Positions 27,623-40,570 of a stretch of 64,000 nucleotides of DNA are shown here, piece after piece. The stretch is from Octopus sinensis (taxonomy: Eukaryota). The first letter of the stretch is position 1. The number at the start of each line of letters is the position of its first letter. The stretch lies in the NCBI RefSeq assembly GCF_006345805.1, contig NC_043011.1, positions 57,672,464-57,736,463 of the forward strand, written 5' to 3'. Made by a program: the position numbers and the translations under genes. Below the pieces are notes generated by a model. That model was not told the origin of the DNA. It did no database searches and saw nothing but the letters and a program-made list of their open reading frames with translations.

Positions 27623-27765
27623 CGCAGGAGTGCTAACCAACCACATGGTTCCGTGTTCGGTCCCACTGCGTGGCATCTTGGGCAAGTGTCTTCTGCTATA
27701 GCCCCGGGCCGACCAATGCCTTGTGAGTGGATTTGGTAGACGGAAACTGAAAGAAGCCCGTCGTA

Positions 27766-27819
<54 letters not shown>

Positions 27820-28030
27820 CGTGTGTGTGGGTTTGTGTGTCTGTGTTTGTCCCCCTAGCATTGCTTGACAACCGATGCTGGTGTGTTTACGTCCCCGTCA
27901 CTTAGCGGTTCGGCAAAAAGAGACCGATAGAATAAGTACTGGGCTTACAAAGAATAAGTCCTGGGGGTCGATTTGATCGATGAAAAGGCGGTGCTCCAGC
28001 ATGGCCGCAGTCAAATGACTGAAACAAGCA
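27623..28030 (+). mobile_element. SINE family B (small head deletion)
   Basis: Homologous to 14189-14590 across both halves. Confidence 0.85.
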
Positions 28031-28100
28031 AAAGAAAAGAACAAAAGAACAGAAAGATATGAATATTTATATGTGTGTATGTGAGTGCGTGTGTGTTTAT

Positions 28101-28147
<47 letters not shown>

Positions 28148-28148
<1 letters not shown>

Positions 28149-28314
28149 GCAGGATTGACTAAAAGTCACCTGACAGTAAAAGCATCTAAATATGAAACAT
28201 CATGGAAATTGGTCCTTCTTGAGTGACACATTTTTCCTTCGAGTCAATACAGAATTACAAATAGTATTTATGGAATTTTGATTTACAGTCGGGTGACTTT
28301 TGGCCAACCCTGTA
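28148..28314. mobile_element. Tc1/mariner-type MITE, 167 bp
   Basis: 33-bp TIRs with 6 mismatches (t[ag]cagg.ttg.c.aaaagtcacc.gac.gtaaa); TA at the right end. Confidence 0.75.
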
Positions 28315-28330
28315 CATATATATCTATCCA

Positions 28331-28417
<87 letters not shown>

Positions 28418-28432
28418 AATTCTTTCTTTCTT

Positions 28433-28499
<67 letters not shown>

Positions 28500-28568
28500 A
28501 TCTATATATATGTATGTATCTATGTATGTATGTATATATTATGCACGCACATATATAGAAAGAGTAAT

Positions 28569-28897
28569 GGGTAAAGACCCCTTTCGGTCATGAATGTTCT
28601 TGGGATTGCACCTAGAAATTACCCTCCGAGCAAAGTTGTTTATGGAAGACCAGCAGTCACCCATGCATACCTGCCTCTCCTCTCCATACCACCGATGTTA
28701 TCCAAGGAGGGAGAGGCAAAGAGGCCGATACAACTTAGCAACAGTGACATCGCAACTCATTTCTACACTTGAGTGAACTGGAGCAACATGAAATGAAGTG
28801 TATTGCACAAGAACACAACACACAACCCGATCCGAGAATCGAACTCACTCCCTCATGATTGGGAGTCCGACGCTCTAACCACTGAGCCATGTGTCCC
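28569..28897 (-). mobile_element. tRNA-derived SINE with RTE-like tail
   Basis: - strand head tggctcagtggttagagcg...gagttcgattctc; shares the central gttgctccagt domain with family C. RTE-like tail recognised from memory only. Confidence 0.65.
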
Positions 28898-29859
28898 AAG
28901 GCGAGCTCAGCGTGGACGGAAACCACACGTCGAGCAAAAGGGCAAAAATTTCATTATATTCAAAATGCGTTATTTGAAGAGCGAAAATATGAATTCGACG
29001 GTGGAACCCTACTGTTCAAAATGCAAATTGAATAAGAAAAATTCTAAAGGCAACTCAAATTTATACTTTAATATTTGAATAAACAGTAATTTGGCTGTAA
29101 TGTATGCATAAATGTTCCCCATCCGGAATATGGTGACAGTGCAGAATCGAACGGCATATCCTGAAAATTAGGTTGAGACTATTTGGGAAAATTAATCAAG
29201 AGGAATCTAGATTTTAATAGATTCAGACGAAATATACGATTGAGATACAACTGCAAACAAAATCACACACACACACACACACACATGCACTAATATATGT
29301 ATGTGGGTGTATATGTCTGAGTGTATGGCTGTGACGTATAATATATATGTATGGATTTATGCACGTGCGTACATATACACGTGGGCGTGTGTGTGTACAT
29401 ATATCAGCTTGGTTTATACTTTCATTGGTTGTAATCTCACGCGGACAAAGAGGTTGTACAGCAGTTGATTTGTCAGTTTAATTCAATGATAAGTTTAAAT
29501 GATAGACACAAAGGGGCGGCTTTAGGCAGCAGATATCGAATTGTAACTGACAGAGAAAATTAAACTAAATTGATTTACAAGTTTCCTTTAAAACACCAAT
29601 TATCTACGATTAATCCGTCTCCTCTAGCCAATTCGCTCAGTGTTTATTCTATTTTCCATTCTCCAGTGCATCAAAAATGTATAACACCCTTTTTCTTGTG
29701 GAGTTCTCGAAACGTACTTAACAACATTGCAAACGACAGCAACACAAAGGTTGAGTCCGTAAAAGGTATCCCTATCAATCAAAGAATCTCATAATTAATA
29801 TTACCAGATTCCCGAAGAGAAGGATTTCATAACCTTTTAGTATCGAGCCTTCATCGTCA

Positions 29860-30066
29860 TCATTGTGCGACCGTGGTCAAGACAATGGAATTTACCGTGC
29901 CACGCCAGACCTCACGGTCCATCATAGCATTACGGAGGTCCTGTTGCTTGATGCCTGTATCCCTGGAGATTACATCAGGGTAAGAGAGGGTGCGCCCTCT
30001 GGTGTCGCGAGGAGATGGCTTCCAGAGGAGAAGAGTAGAAATTACCTCGTTTCCATCCTTCTGTAA
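29860..30066 (+). mobile_element. Possible decayed restriction-like endonuclease (PD-D/ExK) fragment of a site-specific LINE
   Basis: ORF contains RATPDLTVHHSITEVLLLDACIP...EEKSRNY, with spacing like RPD....V.LIDV.IP...EK..KY. Confidence 0.3.
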
Positions 30067-30240
30067 ATATAATCAACGTATCAGTATCCTGTAGTACATA
30101 TTTCTGGTATGAAGAATGAAAAGAATTAGAATCGTGACGCAAGTTGACGCAGTCAGTTTCTTAATCATTGTTTTACTCCCGAGAAAGTAATGAACCCTCC
30201 CGCGTTAATTAATTTTTTAATATTTATTATTAATAAGCGT

Positions 30241-30470
30241 AAGGCGGCGAGCTGGCAGAAACGTTAGCACGCCAGGCGAAATGCTTAGGAGTATTTTATC
30301 TGTCTTTACGTTCTGAGTTCAAATGCCGCCGAGGTCCACTTTGCCTTTCATCCTTTCGGGGTCGATAAATAAAGTACCAGTTACGCACTGGAGTCGATGT
30401 AATCGACTTAATCCCTTTGTCTGTCCTTGTTTGTCCCCTCTATGTTTAGCCCCTTGTGGGCAATAAAAAA
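30241..30470 (+). mobile_element. SINE family A
   Basis: aaggcggcgagctggcagaaacgttagcacg...gagttcaaat...ccccttgtggg. Confidence 0.88.
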
Positions 30471-30807
30471 AAATATATATTATTATTAATAAGCAGAGTT
30501 TCCTGTAGAGGTCATTGATTTAGATGCAAAAAGCAACGATTGGACTTTGAGTATCCTGATTGTTTGACTGACCTAGCGATTAAACAATTGATCGATTCAT
30601 TGATTGATCAGCTGGTTTATCGACTTATTGACTAGTGATGATTCCTTCTGCTCTAAGCACAAGGCCTGGAATTTCGGGGAGGAACGAGCGCCGAATTGAA
30701 ACATATTGCAAGTTTTCCTGATGTTCAATTAACTACAGAAACATTGCACTTTTGTTTATGAATCTATCTAAGCATGCTTGAAAACCTTAGGCACCTTTCG
30801 ATAAAGC

Positions 30808-30838
<31 letters not shown>

Positions 30839-30901
30839 TAAATGACATTCGAAACTCTGAGTACTATAATGACAACTTATTGATTTCCTAGATTCTACAC
30901 A

Positions 30902-30941
<40 letters not shown>

Positions 30942-31731
30942 CACACTCACACACACACACACACACACACACATTGGATCATTAGCCCGGACACAAAGAG
31001 ATCAAACGAAATAAGATCCAATATTTTATATACTAATTTTTTGAAAGTCCTTATACCGAAAATTTAAATGTTTGTGGGGGGGGGGATATCCTGGCTTTAA
31101 AATATTTATTTACCATTTTAAAAGGATTATTCCAGAGACATATTGCATTATATATATATATATATATATATTGTTTTTATTATGTTACATCTGAATATCT
31201 ATTTTCGCAGTAAATAACGTAAAAAAAAAGTATTCTTTAAAATATATATCTACAGTTTTAAAGCGGAGTTTATTTGAAAAGCATATTTACTTTTTTCTTT
31301 CATTCTATGCCAAAATGACAAAGACAAACAACATCAAGGAGTGCATAATAAAAAATAGTAATAGTTTATTGGAAGGATGCGATAACGAAGACAGGAGCGA
31401 AAGCTTAACTAGTTTATCGATTGCATCATTCTTTTTATTGTTTCACTATTGAATTTTATCAAAGAGTAAAATACGAAGCGATTGAAATGTCGAATTTTGA
31501 TACACTTTAGGACTTGCTTATCTCCACTTTGGTCTTCTTTTAGTTCATAATTCCAACATAAAAAATAGCAGAACAATCGTGACATCTGTTTCTGTGTGGG
31601 TGTGTTAGGAAGAAAACAAACAAAATACGGAAATGGAGAAAATTAAAACTTGGGAAAACCTTCAATAAACAATTTCAGTTTTCGTTTGTTTCTTCAACTT
31701 ATTTCCCCTGCAATACGCTTCTCGTAACTAA

Positions 31732-31945
31732 GGAGGCGAGCTGGCAGAAACGTTAGCACACCGGGCGAAATGCTTAGCAGTATTTCGTCTGTCTCTACGT
31801 TCTGAGTTCAAATTCCGCTAAGGTCGACTTTGCCTTTCATCGTTTCGGAGTCAATAAATTAAGTATCAGTTGTGTACTGGGATCGATCTAATCGACTGGC
31901 CCCTCACCCCAAAATTTCGGGCCCTGTGCCTAGAGTAGAAAAGAA
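31732..31945 (+). mobile_element. SINE family A with alternative tail, running into (TTA)n
   Basis: Family A head and body; tail ggcccctcaccccaaaatt...ctagagtagaaaagaat. Confidence 0.85.
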
Positions 31946-31959
31946 TACACTTTTAGTAC

Positions 31960-32053
<94 letters not shown>

Positions 32054-32056
<3 letters not shown>

Positions 32057-32621
32057 TAGTTTTATTTTTATAGCGTGCTTTCACTTCACTACCGAGCGCA
32101 GCTCTGTGTGCCTTGGGTATTTGCTGTAATTTGTTGTGATGTTCTGATGGTTATTGTATGGAAAGTGTTCTGCGTAGGATGTGTGCAGTGCCTAGTAGTG
32201 CGATTTTCTGTATGTTATATGTGTTTGTAAGTCCTTGTGTTTTTGTTATGTATTTGTCTGAATATTTTTTTATCATGCCTAATGCACCTACTATGATAGG
32301 AATTGTTTCTGTTTTTAGACTCCACATTCTGGTTACCTCTATTTCCAGGTCTTTGTATTTTGAAAGTTTCTCCATTTCTTTTAGATACACGTTGTCATCT
32401 GCTGGTATTGATACATCAATTAGAAAGCATTTTCTTTCTTCATGATCTCTGACAACTATATCTGGTCTGTTGGCCTTAATTTCTCTATCTGTGTGTATCG
32501 GCATATCCCAGAGTATGGTTGCTTTCTCATTTTTTGTGAACTTTTCTGGTGTGTGCCTATACCATCTTTTTTCTGTTGTTATTCCATAATGTTGGCATAG
32601 CTTCCAGTGTATGTAGGTCCC
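32054..32621 (-). mobile_element. 5'-truncated R4/Dong (Rex6-like) non-LTR retrotransposon, restriction-like endonuclease end plus 3' UTR, inserted in (TAA)n
   Basis: Frame open 32621-32151: GTYIHWKLCQHYG...WYRHTPE...ILWDMPIHTDREIKANRPDIVV...IDVSIPADDN...EKLSKYKDL...PIIVGALG...QKIALLGTAHILRRTL. About 97-nt 3' UTR with AATAAA; (TAA)n on both sides. Clade assigned from motif recall, not a search. Confidence 0.88.
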
Positions 32622-34759
32622 ATTATTATTATTATATTATTATTATTATCATCATCATCATCATCATTATTAAATGCAAACAGTAAGGCGGTGAGCTAGC
32701 AGAATCGATAGTACGCTGGTTCAACTGCTTCGCGGTATTTCGTCCGTCTTTATGCTCAGAGTTCAAATTCCGCAGAGGTCGACAGTGTTTTTCATTCTTT
32801 CGGGGTCAATAAATTACGAAAATATAATGACCACAAGTGCTGCCTGAATGAACGGTTGAAAGTCATAGATTTAGGTCTTGTGCTGTATTTTGGTTACATT
32901 AAAACTGAGAAACTGAGAAACAGACCATGGGTTGTTGATCTTCCTCCTCTGTCTTAATCATAAAATGGTAAATCCCATAAGAAAGATTTAAATCAGATGA
33001 CAAAGACAAAATCATAAATATTCGCAGAAGAAAATTAAAACATTTTCTTTAAGATTTTCTTCTTTGATCTAGAAATATGAACTTTGAATCGTAGCTAAAT
33101 TATCTTAAACAATAAATACTTCATTATACTGTAAGTCTGTGCTTGTTTATCCTCAGGTTATCCCCTATCGAACACATCAACGATCAAAGGCTCTCCAGCA
33201 ACAGTCACCAATTCTTTAATATATATTTTATAGTACTATTATATCTAAAACTTCTCACATTCAAATTGCTCTGAAATTTCATTGGTATTTGTCTGCTATT
33301 TCTAAACGCTCGAGTAGCCATTTTGAGTTCCCCATCGTTGGCAGGCTATATTGCTTTGGTTCGATTATGGTATTGTTTGTACTTTAGTGATAAATGTCTT
33401 ATAATGCTAAGAATATTGTCAAAAGAACCTCTGGCGGTGTCAGTGAAGCACACTAGCTACCACACTCCAACAAGGACAGGACCGTGGGCTGAAAAATTAT
33501 GCGAATTAAAGCTGCATGCACCAGGATTTGAACGAAGAGCGTAGAGACCTGGGGGTATATACTGCAATGCATTCTATTTGAAGCTTGGACATTTCTGCTA
33601 GCTGACTTCTTTATAGGCCATAAAACTTATCCCCAAATCATGGCTTTCTGCCTAAAATAAAAATCGTTATTACACATGGGAGGTGTTTATAAATGTTGAG
33701 TATACTTTATTAATTAAACCCCAATAACTGTGGACACCTTATAAACCTTATAAACGTTGGAAGTGGAACACAATCCTGGCAGTATTTGAACTCAGAAAGT
33801 AGAACGGCCATGCAAAATACATATAAAGTTGGAGGCTGAATTGATTAAACGTCAGACTTAAGTTTTTGTGTGATATTTAATTATCTCCCTTCACTTTCTG
33901 AGTTGAATTCCCGCCAAATTTGTGTTTGTCTTTCATTTTCCCAAAGTATCGAATACAACGCTTACTTGACTGATCGTTAATTCCTCTGAATGATGGGTCG
34001 ATGGAATCGAACAAACCCTCATCTCACGAAATGTGTGGAGTTGCGCTTCAGTTAGAAATGTTTCTTGTGGTATTGTAAAGTTTTATTAAAATATCAGAGA
34101 AAAATCCTTGTGGTATTTAGTTGTTGAAATATACGTTCTAGTTTCAAATCATGCTGAAGTCAATCTGACGGTTGTCTCATTCGAGAGAAATGAAATAAGT
34201 ACCATCAAGAACCGGGGGCCGATGTAATTGATCTCTCGTATGTCTTCCAATGAAGTTATTCTTTTATGCTCTAGGCACAAAGCCTGAAATTTTGTTGGAG
34301 GAGGCCAGTCGATTACATCGACCCCATTATGCAACTGGTATTTAATTCATCGACCCCGAAACACTGAGCGGCAAAATTGACCTCGGTAGAATGCCACTAA
34401 ACATCATCTCGTCTGACGCGATAAAGACTCGACCCGTCAGACACTTTCATTATAATAATCCTAAAGCAATGTAGAGCATCTGCACCAAGTGTAATTATTT
34501 AGGGCTGCAGGACACCAATGAAGGCGAAGAAGTAAAACCCAGGTTCACATTTAAAACCTAACTGGTGTTGATTCTCTTTTCCTTGAAAGAATCAAATGAG
34601 AAAAGAAAGTTAAGTATCTTCAATATACTGAGGTCGATTTAGTTTCAAATCCCATAACTCCTCCAATTCTCTTCAAGAATCTACGTTACAGTTGCATCAC
34701 AATCCATTATTTAAAGTTTGGAGACAGATGCAACAAGGAGATTTATTGAAGGGTTTCCG

Positions 34760-35620
34760 AGACCAGCACTCGATTCAAGTACCAAGTAAATTCATCTCAA
34801 CCAAAGCGATGACGTAGTGAGATAGTGTCAGCCCCGCACCCAGTAAGACATAATTAGAAAACGTGGCTGCAAAGTGAGCGTTTCCCCTCACAGAAATCCC
34901 CGGGAGGTGGGGGATTGATCTTAATAAAGAGGTTCCAAACCATAGCGTTTGCAACCTATTCAGGAAGAGTAAGACCGACGTAGTGAGATTATCATTTTGG
35001 AATTTATGCTTCGATGGTTGCGAGGAAAACATGCGAGGGTTGGGAACTGGAGGAGCTCGTCGTCCTTGAGTTGAAAAGAAAAATCCGATCGTAACGTTTA
35101 ATGCAGTTAGGTACAATCGGAGTAATAGGACGGAGAAGGGAGGTGAAGGAGCGTAAAGTGCTTGTGGGGTAGTTATACATGACAAACTAAATTCAATAGG
35201 AGGCCGTAGCAGTCTCGGAATTATAAACTGCATAGAAAGGAGACAACACGTCAATGTGTCAGAAACGGGGAGGTGGAAGTGAGTTTATGTTGATCGATTG
35301 GTGGTGGGACACTCTGGATGTGGGAGCAGTGCCCCAGGGTAGATTCAATATGAGCTTTTTAGAGATTTAATAGTTGCAGGAGGATGAAGTATTCCTTCCG
35401 TTGCGGACGTAAGCTCAGTAGAAGAAAGCTTCAGTTTTGGTGAGGCAGAGAATTTGTAGGGGTAGTGAGGAGTTTTCGTGGACTGTGTAAGTTTAGAAAG
35501 GTATTTCTTACTTACGAGCTACCAATAGTTTCATACTTTGGAGATGTAGTCTGTCAAATTTTAATAACACTCATCAGGCTCTGAGCACATAGCCTGTACA
35601 GTTTACAAATCAGGACGCTA
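34760..35620 (-). mobile_element. Possible decayed CR1-like APE endonuclease remnant
   Basis: Weak motif traces (YAVYNS, DELLQFPT) in a GC-richer island. Confidence 0.25.
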
Positions 35621-35934
35621 GAACAAGAGAAATCACGAGGAAAATGAGAAAAATACGGATGTAAAAAGTGGAAGGGTGAAATTAAACAGACAAACAAAAG
35701 AAAGAAAAGTAAAAATAGTTAAGTCCCCTTTTACTACAATGCCTTAATAAAGTTAGTTGTAGAATGTATCAAGAGAGAGGATTCCAAAGTTTGTGATAGA
35801 GTTGCTCAATCCGGGGAGGGTGGTATTTTCCAGTTTGTGAAAAGAAACTTGTCCACGTGTTTGCATTTTCTGAAGGTTCCTGATATGGAATTCAGCAGCG
35901 CAGTGGAATACTTACATAAAAAATATATATATAT

Positions 35935-36165
35935 TTCTTTATTGCCCTCAAGGGGCTACACATAGAGGAGACAAACAAAAACAGACAAAGGGATTAAGTC
36001 GATTACATCGACTCCAGTGCGAAACTGGTACTTTACTTATCGACCCCGAAATGATGAAAGGCAAAGTAGACCTCAGCGGAATTTGAACTCAAAGCGTTAC
36101 GACAGACGAAATACGGCTAAGCATTTCGCCCGTCGCGCTAATGTGTCTGCCAGCTCGCCGCCTTT
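35935..36165 (-). mobile_element. SINE family A
   Basis: Reverse-complement homolog of 30241-30470. Confidence 0.82.
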
Positions 36166-36709
36166 TACATCAAACAAATATATGCCATGTTTTAGCTGCG
36201 CGTAAGATGCATTTCTGATCCATTAACACAGAGCATGGATTTTATCCACGATTGTATGGAGCGTAGAGTTTGTCTTAAAACCCCACATATGACTAGCCAA
36301 CGTGGTGACTTTACTTTTGTCTGCAAAGGTGGAGTCACAAACGGTTCGACAAATGGATTGATAGAATAACTACCACACTTAAAACAAATAAGTACTGGAA
36401 TCGATTTGTTCGATTACATCATTAAAAGCTGTGCCCCAGCATGGCCGCAATCCAATGAGTGAAACAAATAAAAGATAAAAGATAAATATATTTTTGTTCT
36501 CCTTAGGAAAAGAAAAAATCAACAAATGAAAAAAAAAACAACATTAATAACAGAAAATGTATAATTCATAAACGAAAACTAAATAAAATAACCTAAAAAT
36601 AAAGAACAATAAAATCGTGAAATGTTTGAAAACGGCAATAAAAAAACCTAAAGAACTAGAATTATTTGAGGAACGATTTAATAAAGTAAATGGGGGAAAA
36701 ATGAGAGAA

Positions 36710-36719
36710 AATAATAATA

Positions 36720-36763
<44 letters not shown>

Positions 36764-36810
36764 TAATAATAATAATAATAATAATAGTAATAATAATAAT
36801 AATAATAAAG
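36710..36810. repeat. (TAA)n microsatellite; also 31961-32053, 45066-45265, 46421-46705 and 57790-57885
   Basis: Direct inspection. Confidence 0.95.
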
Positions 36811-37463
36811 TAAAAAAAGGAAAGCATGGCTAAGGTTGTTCCAGGATCCAATGATATATTGAAAAGTTCTAACGACTATGATGTCAAAGAAGTTTCATTT
36901 CGTTTTGATTTTATGTATTTTTATGTTTTCATTTTCCCTGATTTTCGATGGAATAATAATATTTAGACTGGTTCAAGTACCATGCAATATTGTCGTGCTA
37001 GAATAGCTGTCACTTGCAGATGATATTTCTTCCGAAGCTAAAGATAGGCTCGCATTGCTAATCATATCAATGGAATACATTCATCAATAGATATCGCTCA
37101 TGTCTAGTTCTTCGAGACACTTACTCGCTTTCTCTTCTCCTTTCCTTCTTTCTTCCCTGCGTTCTGTTTTTTTTTTTTTTTTTGGTTTTTCGGTCATTCT
37201 TCCATTCGTTCGTTCGTTCGTCCGTTCTTCCTTCTTTCCTTCCTTTCCTTATTTTTCTTCCTTCTTTTGCTTTCTTCACATTTTCTTATTCTCTGTTTTC
37301 AGTGTTTTTTTTTTAAATTTTATTTAGCTAATGCATATTTATACATTTTCAAGGATTCTTTTATTCATTCAAAGAGAATGCCACACACAATCAATATACA
37401 TTTATATCTACTACTTGCGCCACGTTTCTACTATATATATATGTATATATATATATATATAAT

Positions 37464-37510
<47 letters not shown>

Positions 37511-37559
37511 CCGCATGTATTAACGTATGTGTGTCTATAATTACAAATGTTTACTATAT

Positions 37560-37648
<89 letters not shown>

Positions 37649-37827
37649 TGTGTATATATATACATACATACATATATACATATATGTGAGTGTATGTGTG
37701 TGTATTAACGTATATCTGCAGATATAGGTATATATATATATATAGATGTATATACACAATATACACATACACATATATGTACACTATACATATATGCATG
37801 CATACATTAATAAATTAATATGTATTT

Positions 37828-37874
<47 letters not shown>

Positions 37875-38128
37875 ATGGGATTTGTGCATTATATTTTGCA
37901 GAGAAAATCATTGAGAATGACGGACAATAAATGTAGGAAGTCTATAAATATTCATGACTATATACATCCGCCCATACACCCGCATGTATTACCGTATGTG
38001 TGTCTATAATTACAAATGTTTACTATATATATATATATTATATATATATATATATATATAATATATATATATATATATAATGTCACAATGTCTAACGCCT
38101 CTTCTCTCGCTCACACTCTTTCTCTCTC

Positions 38129-38209
<81 letters not shown>

Positions 38210-38847
38210 TATGCACACATATGCATATTTACATCCTCGATATGTACATGATCACAAACACACACACAAATAAATGTGTGTATGTGTATATAAATGTGTA
38301 TACATATATCTACACATTCAAACATGTACACATACACACACACATTTTAAATTACTGAGGTAACTCGACTGACGATAAATTGGAAATAAATTCAGAATTG
38401 CATATTCTAATAAACATAGATGCAACCTCAATACGCACATGGGGTCTCTCTTAACGAAACAAAACGATTTAACAATGCGATTCGTATGGCAGGTTATTTT
38501 CGACTCATCGTTCGAACCAAGGGAGTGATAGACAGAAGGCCAGCGACAGGCGGAGGGAGCTGAGGAGAAAATAAGGAAAGAGATAAAAGGTGAGAGAGAT
38601 TTAGAATTGTATTTAGAAAAAATTCGACGAGAGACAAGCTCAGGTGTTGTTTATTTGCATATCTTTACAACGAGGAGAGGCCGGACCAACTAACCAGCTA
38701 CTATGATATACTTTAGATTCCATATCTCTTGCATTTATTAATTAATTGAATTACTGACAGATATTGGTGTAGTTCTACGTCAATGCTAAATGCATATCTA
38801 TTTAAGCTACACCTGGAAAATATATGTTTACCTGTGCGTGTATATAT

Positions 38848-39076
38848 CTCTTTACTACCCACAAGGGGCTAAACACAGAGGGGACAAACAAGGACAGACA
38901 AACGGATTAAGTCGATTACATCGACCCCAGTTCGTAACTGGTACATAATTTATCGACCCCGAAATGATGAAAGGCAAAGTCGACCTCGGCGCAATTTGAA
39001 CTCAGAACGTAACGGCAGACGAATACGGCTACGCATTTCGACCGGCGTGCTAACGTTTCTGCCAGCTCGCCGCCCA
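38848..39076 (-). mobile_element. SINE family A with 18-bp TSD
   Basis: TSD acctgtgcgtgtatatat at 38830-38847 and 39077-39094. Confidence 0.9.
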
Positions 39077-39238
39077 ACCTGTGCGTGTATATATACACAC
39101 TCGCATACATACGCACACATATATTGGAGAAAGAGAGAGGGCGAGGAAAAGAGTGTGTGATGGAGATAGAGCGAGAAAGAGAGAGGATGTAAAGCACTGG
39201 TATGTCTCTCTAATTTCACTTCTCTCAAATTTTCACAG

Positions 39239-39283
39239 CTGTAGGACTCCGTGGGAAAAGCATCGGATTTTCCACTCCCAAAG
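39239..39283 (+). other. Candidate 45-nt internal exon of an unidentified + strand gene
   Basis: Branch-like ctaat, pyrimidine tract and cacag acceptor; AAG/gtaagt donor; length divisible by 3; open in phase 1 (VGLRGKSIGFSTPK) and phase 2 (CRTPWEKHRIFHSQ). Confidence 0.55.
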
Positions 39284-39819
39284 GTAAGTTCCCTTTACGC
39301 TTTTTGGTGACCACCATTACAAAATGTCGGTTGAGAAGCAGAGTTAATGACCGCTGAAGGCCATCGAGGCTGTCGATTTTTATTTCCATTCATTTACGTA
39401 TTTAAGTTTCTAAGTGCAGAAACAATATGAAAGGTGGCATGTAGGATATTCCAGAGGACTATGGTACTTTGCAGAGAAGATGTATATAGGTGGAATATAT
39501 GAACGACTTTCGTGTATGCATGTTTGCATGAGGAAAATAGGAGCAGGACAGGTACATAGAGATATCGGATTGTTGCTGTAGGATCAAAGGTTTAGGAGCT
39601 CAGAGTAAGTAGTCTTGGACTATATTTTCATACATACATCTCATGATCTTTTTAGTGGTAGTGTGGCATAAATCGAATAAACATTTGCACCCAAATGTAG
39701 TGGCTTAAATTACAGCCTAACGTAACATTTCTCATGGAAGTGCAAGACCCTGTGAGGTGTCTGTGAACATTTGAAAAGAGCGGATAAATTGTCATGTTTG
39801 ATAATATATAAAGTTAAGA

Positions 39820-40570
39820 AGGCGGCGAGCTGGCAGAAATGTTAGCATGCCGAGCGAAATGCTTAGCGGTATTTCGTCTGCGGTTACGTTCTGAGTTCAA
39901 AATCCGCCGGGGTAGACTTTACCTTTCATCCTTTCGGGGTCGATAAATTAAGTACCAATTAAGCACTGGGGTCGATGTAATCGACTTAATCCGTTTGTCT
40001 GTCCTTGTTTGTCCGTTCTGTGTTTAGCCCCTTGTGGGTAGTAAAGAAATAGGTATTTCGTCTGCGGTTACGTTCTGAGTTCAAATTCCGTCGAGGTCGA
40101 CTTTGCATTTCGATCTTTCGGGGTCGATTAAATAAGTACCAGTTACGCACTGGGATCGATATAATCCACTTAATATGTCTGTCTGTCCTTGTTTGTCCTC
40201 TCTGTATTTAGCCCCTTGTTGGTAGTAAAGAAATAGGTATTTCAGTCGATGCTACATTTTGAGTTCAAATGCCGCCGAGGTCGACTTTGCCTTTCACCCT
40301 TTCGGGGTCGATTAATTAAGTGCCAGTTACGCACAGGGGTCGATATAATCGACTTAATCCGTTTGTCTGTCCTTGTTTGTCCGCTCTGTGTTTAGCCCCT
40401 TGTGGGTAGTAAAGAAATAGGTATTTCATCTGTCTTTACGCTCTGAGTTCAGACTCTGTTTCTCATCCTCTCGGGGTCGATAAATTAAGTACCAGTTTCG
40501 CACTAGGATCAATCTAATTGACTGGCCCCACTCCTCCAAAATTTTGAGCCCTGTTCCTAGAGTAGAAAAG
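39820..40570 (+). mobile_element. SINE family A concatemer: one head plus about 4 body units, period 184 bp
   Basis: Head ggcggcgagctggcagaa at 39820; unit starts ggtattt at 39868, 40052, 40236 and 40420. Confidence 0.92.

Noticed and set aside
39868-40051. Retrozyme-like ribozyme inside the 184-bp SINE unit
   Set aside because: No hammerhead core on either strand; only small hairpins (gtcgat/atcgac, ccag/ctgg).
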